DNA of 64,000 bases. Source: Octopus vulgaris (lineage: Eukaryota). The stretch spans positions 8,246,001 through 8,310,000 of the forward strand of contig OX597831.1 of NCBI GenBank assembly GCA_951406725.2, read 5' to 3'. The translations under genes and the position numbers were made by a program. The notes below the pieces were generated by a model. That model was not told where the DNA came from, did not search any database, and was given only the letters and a program-made list of their open reading frames with translations. Of this stretch, positions 63,801 through 64,000 are shown in pieces. Numbering within the stretch: position 1 is the first letter of the stretch; the number at the start of each line of letters is the position of its first letter.

Positions 63801-64000
63801 TAAAATACCGTCGGTCAAGACAGCAAAAAGCAAAAACGAAGAAAGATTAAGCATCAGTCGGTCAAGCAAGTCTGGCCAAATCATCAAAAACTCTAAGTCC
63901 ACCTCTCGCAGCCAGTCTGTACCATTACAGAATGTAGATGCTGGCAAACCGAAACAAGGTGGAACCCACAAAAAGAAATCAACCCACATTTCAGATTTAC
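57881..64000 (+). CDS. RFX7: RFX7-like giant exon (>6.1 kb, >2030 codons, open at window end): coiled coil followed by long S/T/Q/N-rich disordered region
   Basis: (ct)n-gtttag acceptor in phase 1, matching the 51029 donor. I read the frame codon by codon (codons start 57883) and found no stop to 64000. Begins AAMSSLFSNASGGDKHRETQLQLQRKLQEREILKEQKRR and contains RSRFAPIRPK (59089-59121) and RSQSVPL (63907-63927). Confidence 0.93.
62455..62490 (+). repeat. Coding (CAA)6(CAG)6 repeat encoding Q12
   Basis: In frame within the giant exon. Confidence 0.95.

Noticed and set aside
57740-63989. Short antisense and off-frame ORFs over the giant exon
   Set aside because: They are shadow ORFs of the RFX7 frame with no independent coding evidence.

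Overview
AT-rich, microsatellite- and retroposon-dense animal DNA; the SINE and LINE families suggest an Octopus/coleoid cephalopod genome (inference). The window lies inside one + strand gene, an RFX5/RFX7-clade winged-helix transcription factor (best call RFX7), incomplete at both ends. I assembled seven coding exons by hand with matching phases: 6937-6970, 37279-37367, 45798-45926, 47016-47132, 49005-49089, 50822-51029 and a giant exon from 57881 that is still open at 64000. The ORF track misses that last exon because it has no stop codon in the window. Intron 47133-49004 is a textbook U12-type (minor spliceosome) intron. The introns hold several tRNA-derived SINE families, RTE LINE fragments, two Dong/R4-like fragments, a pogo/Tigger transposase fossil, Tc1-like and piggyBac-like MITEs, a probable non-autonomous Helitron, Penelope-like GIY-YIG remnants, three minimal hammerhead-like motifs in the sense orientation, a 96-bp-arm foldback and a 28-bp minisatellite. 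Almost all ORFs in the supplied track are microsatellite or repeat artefacts. Repeat boundaries are approximate and no database searches were run.
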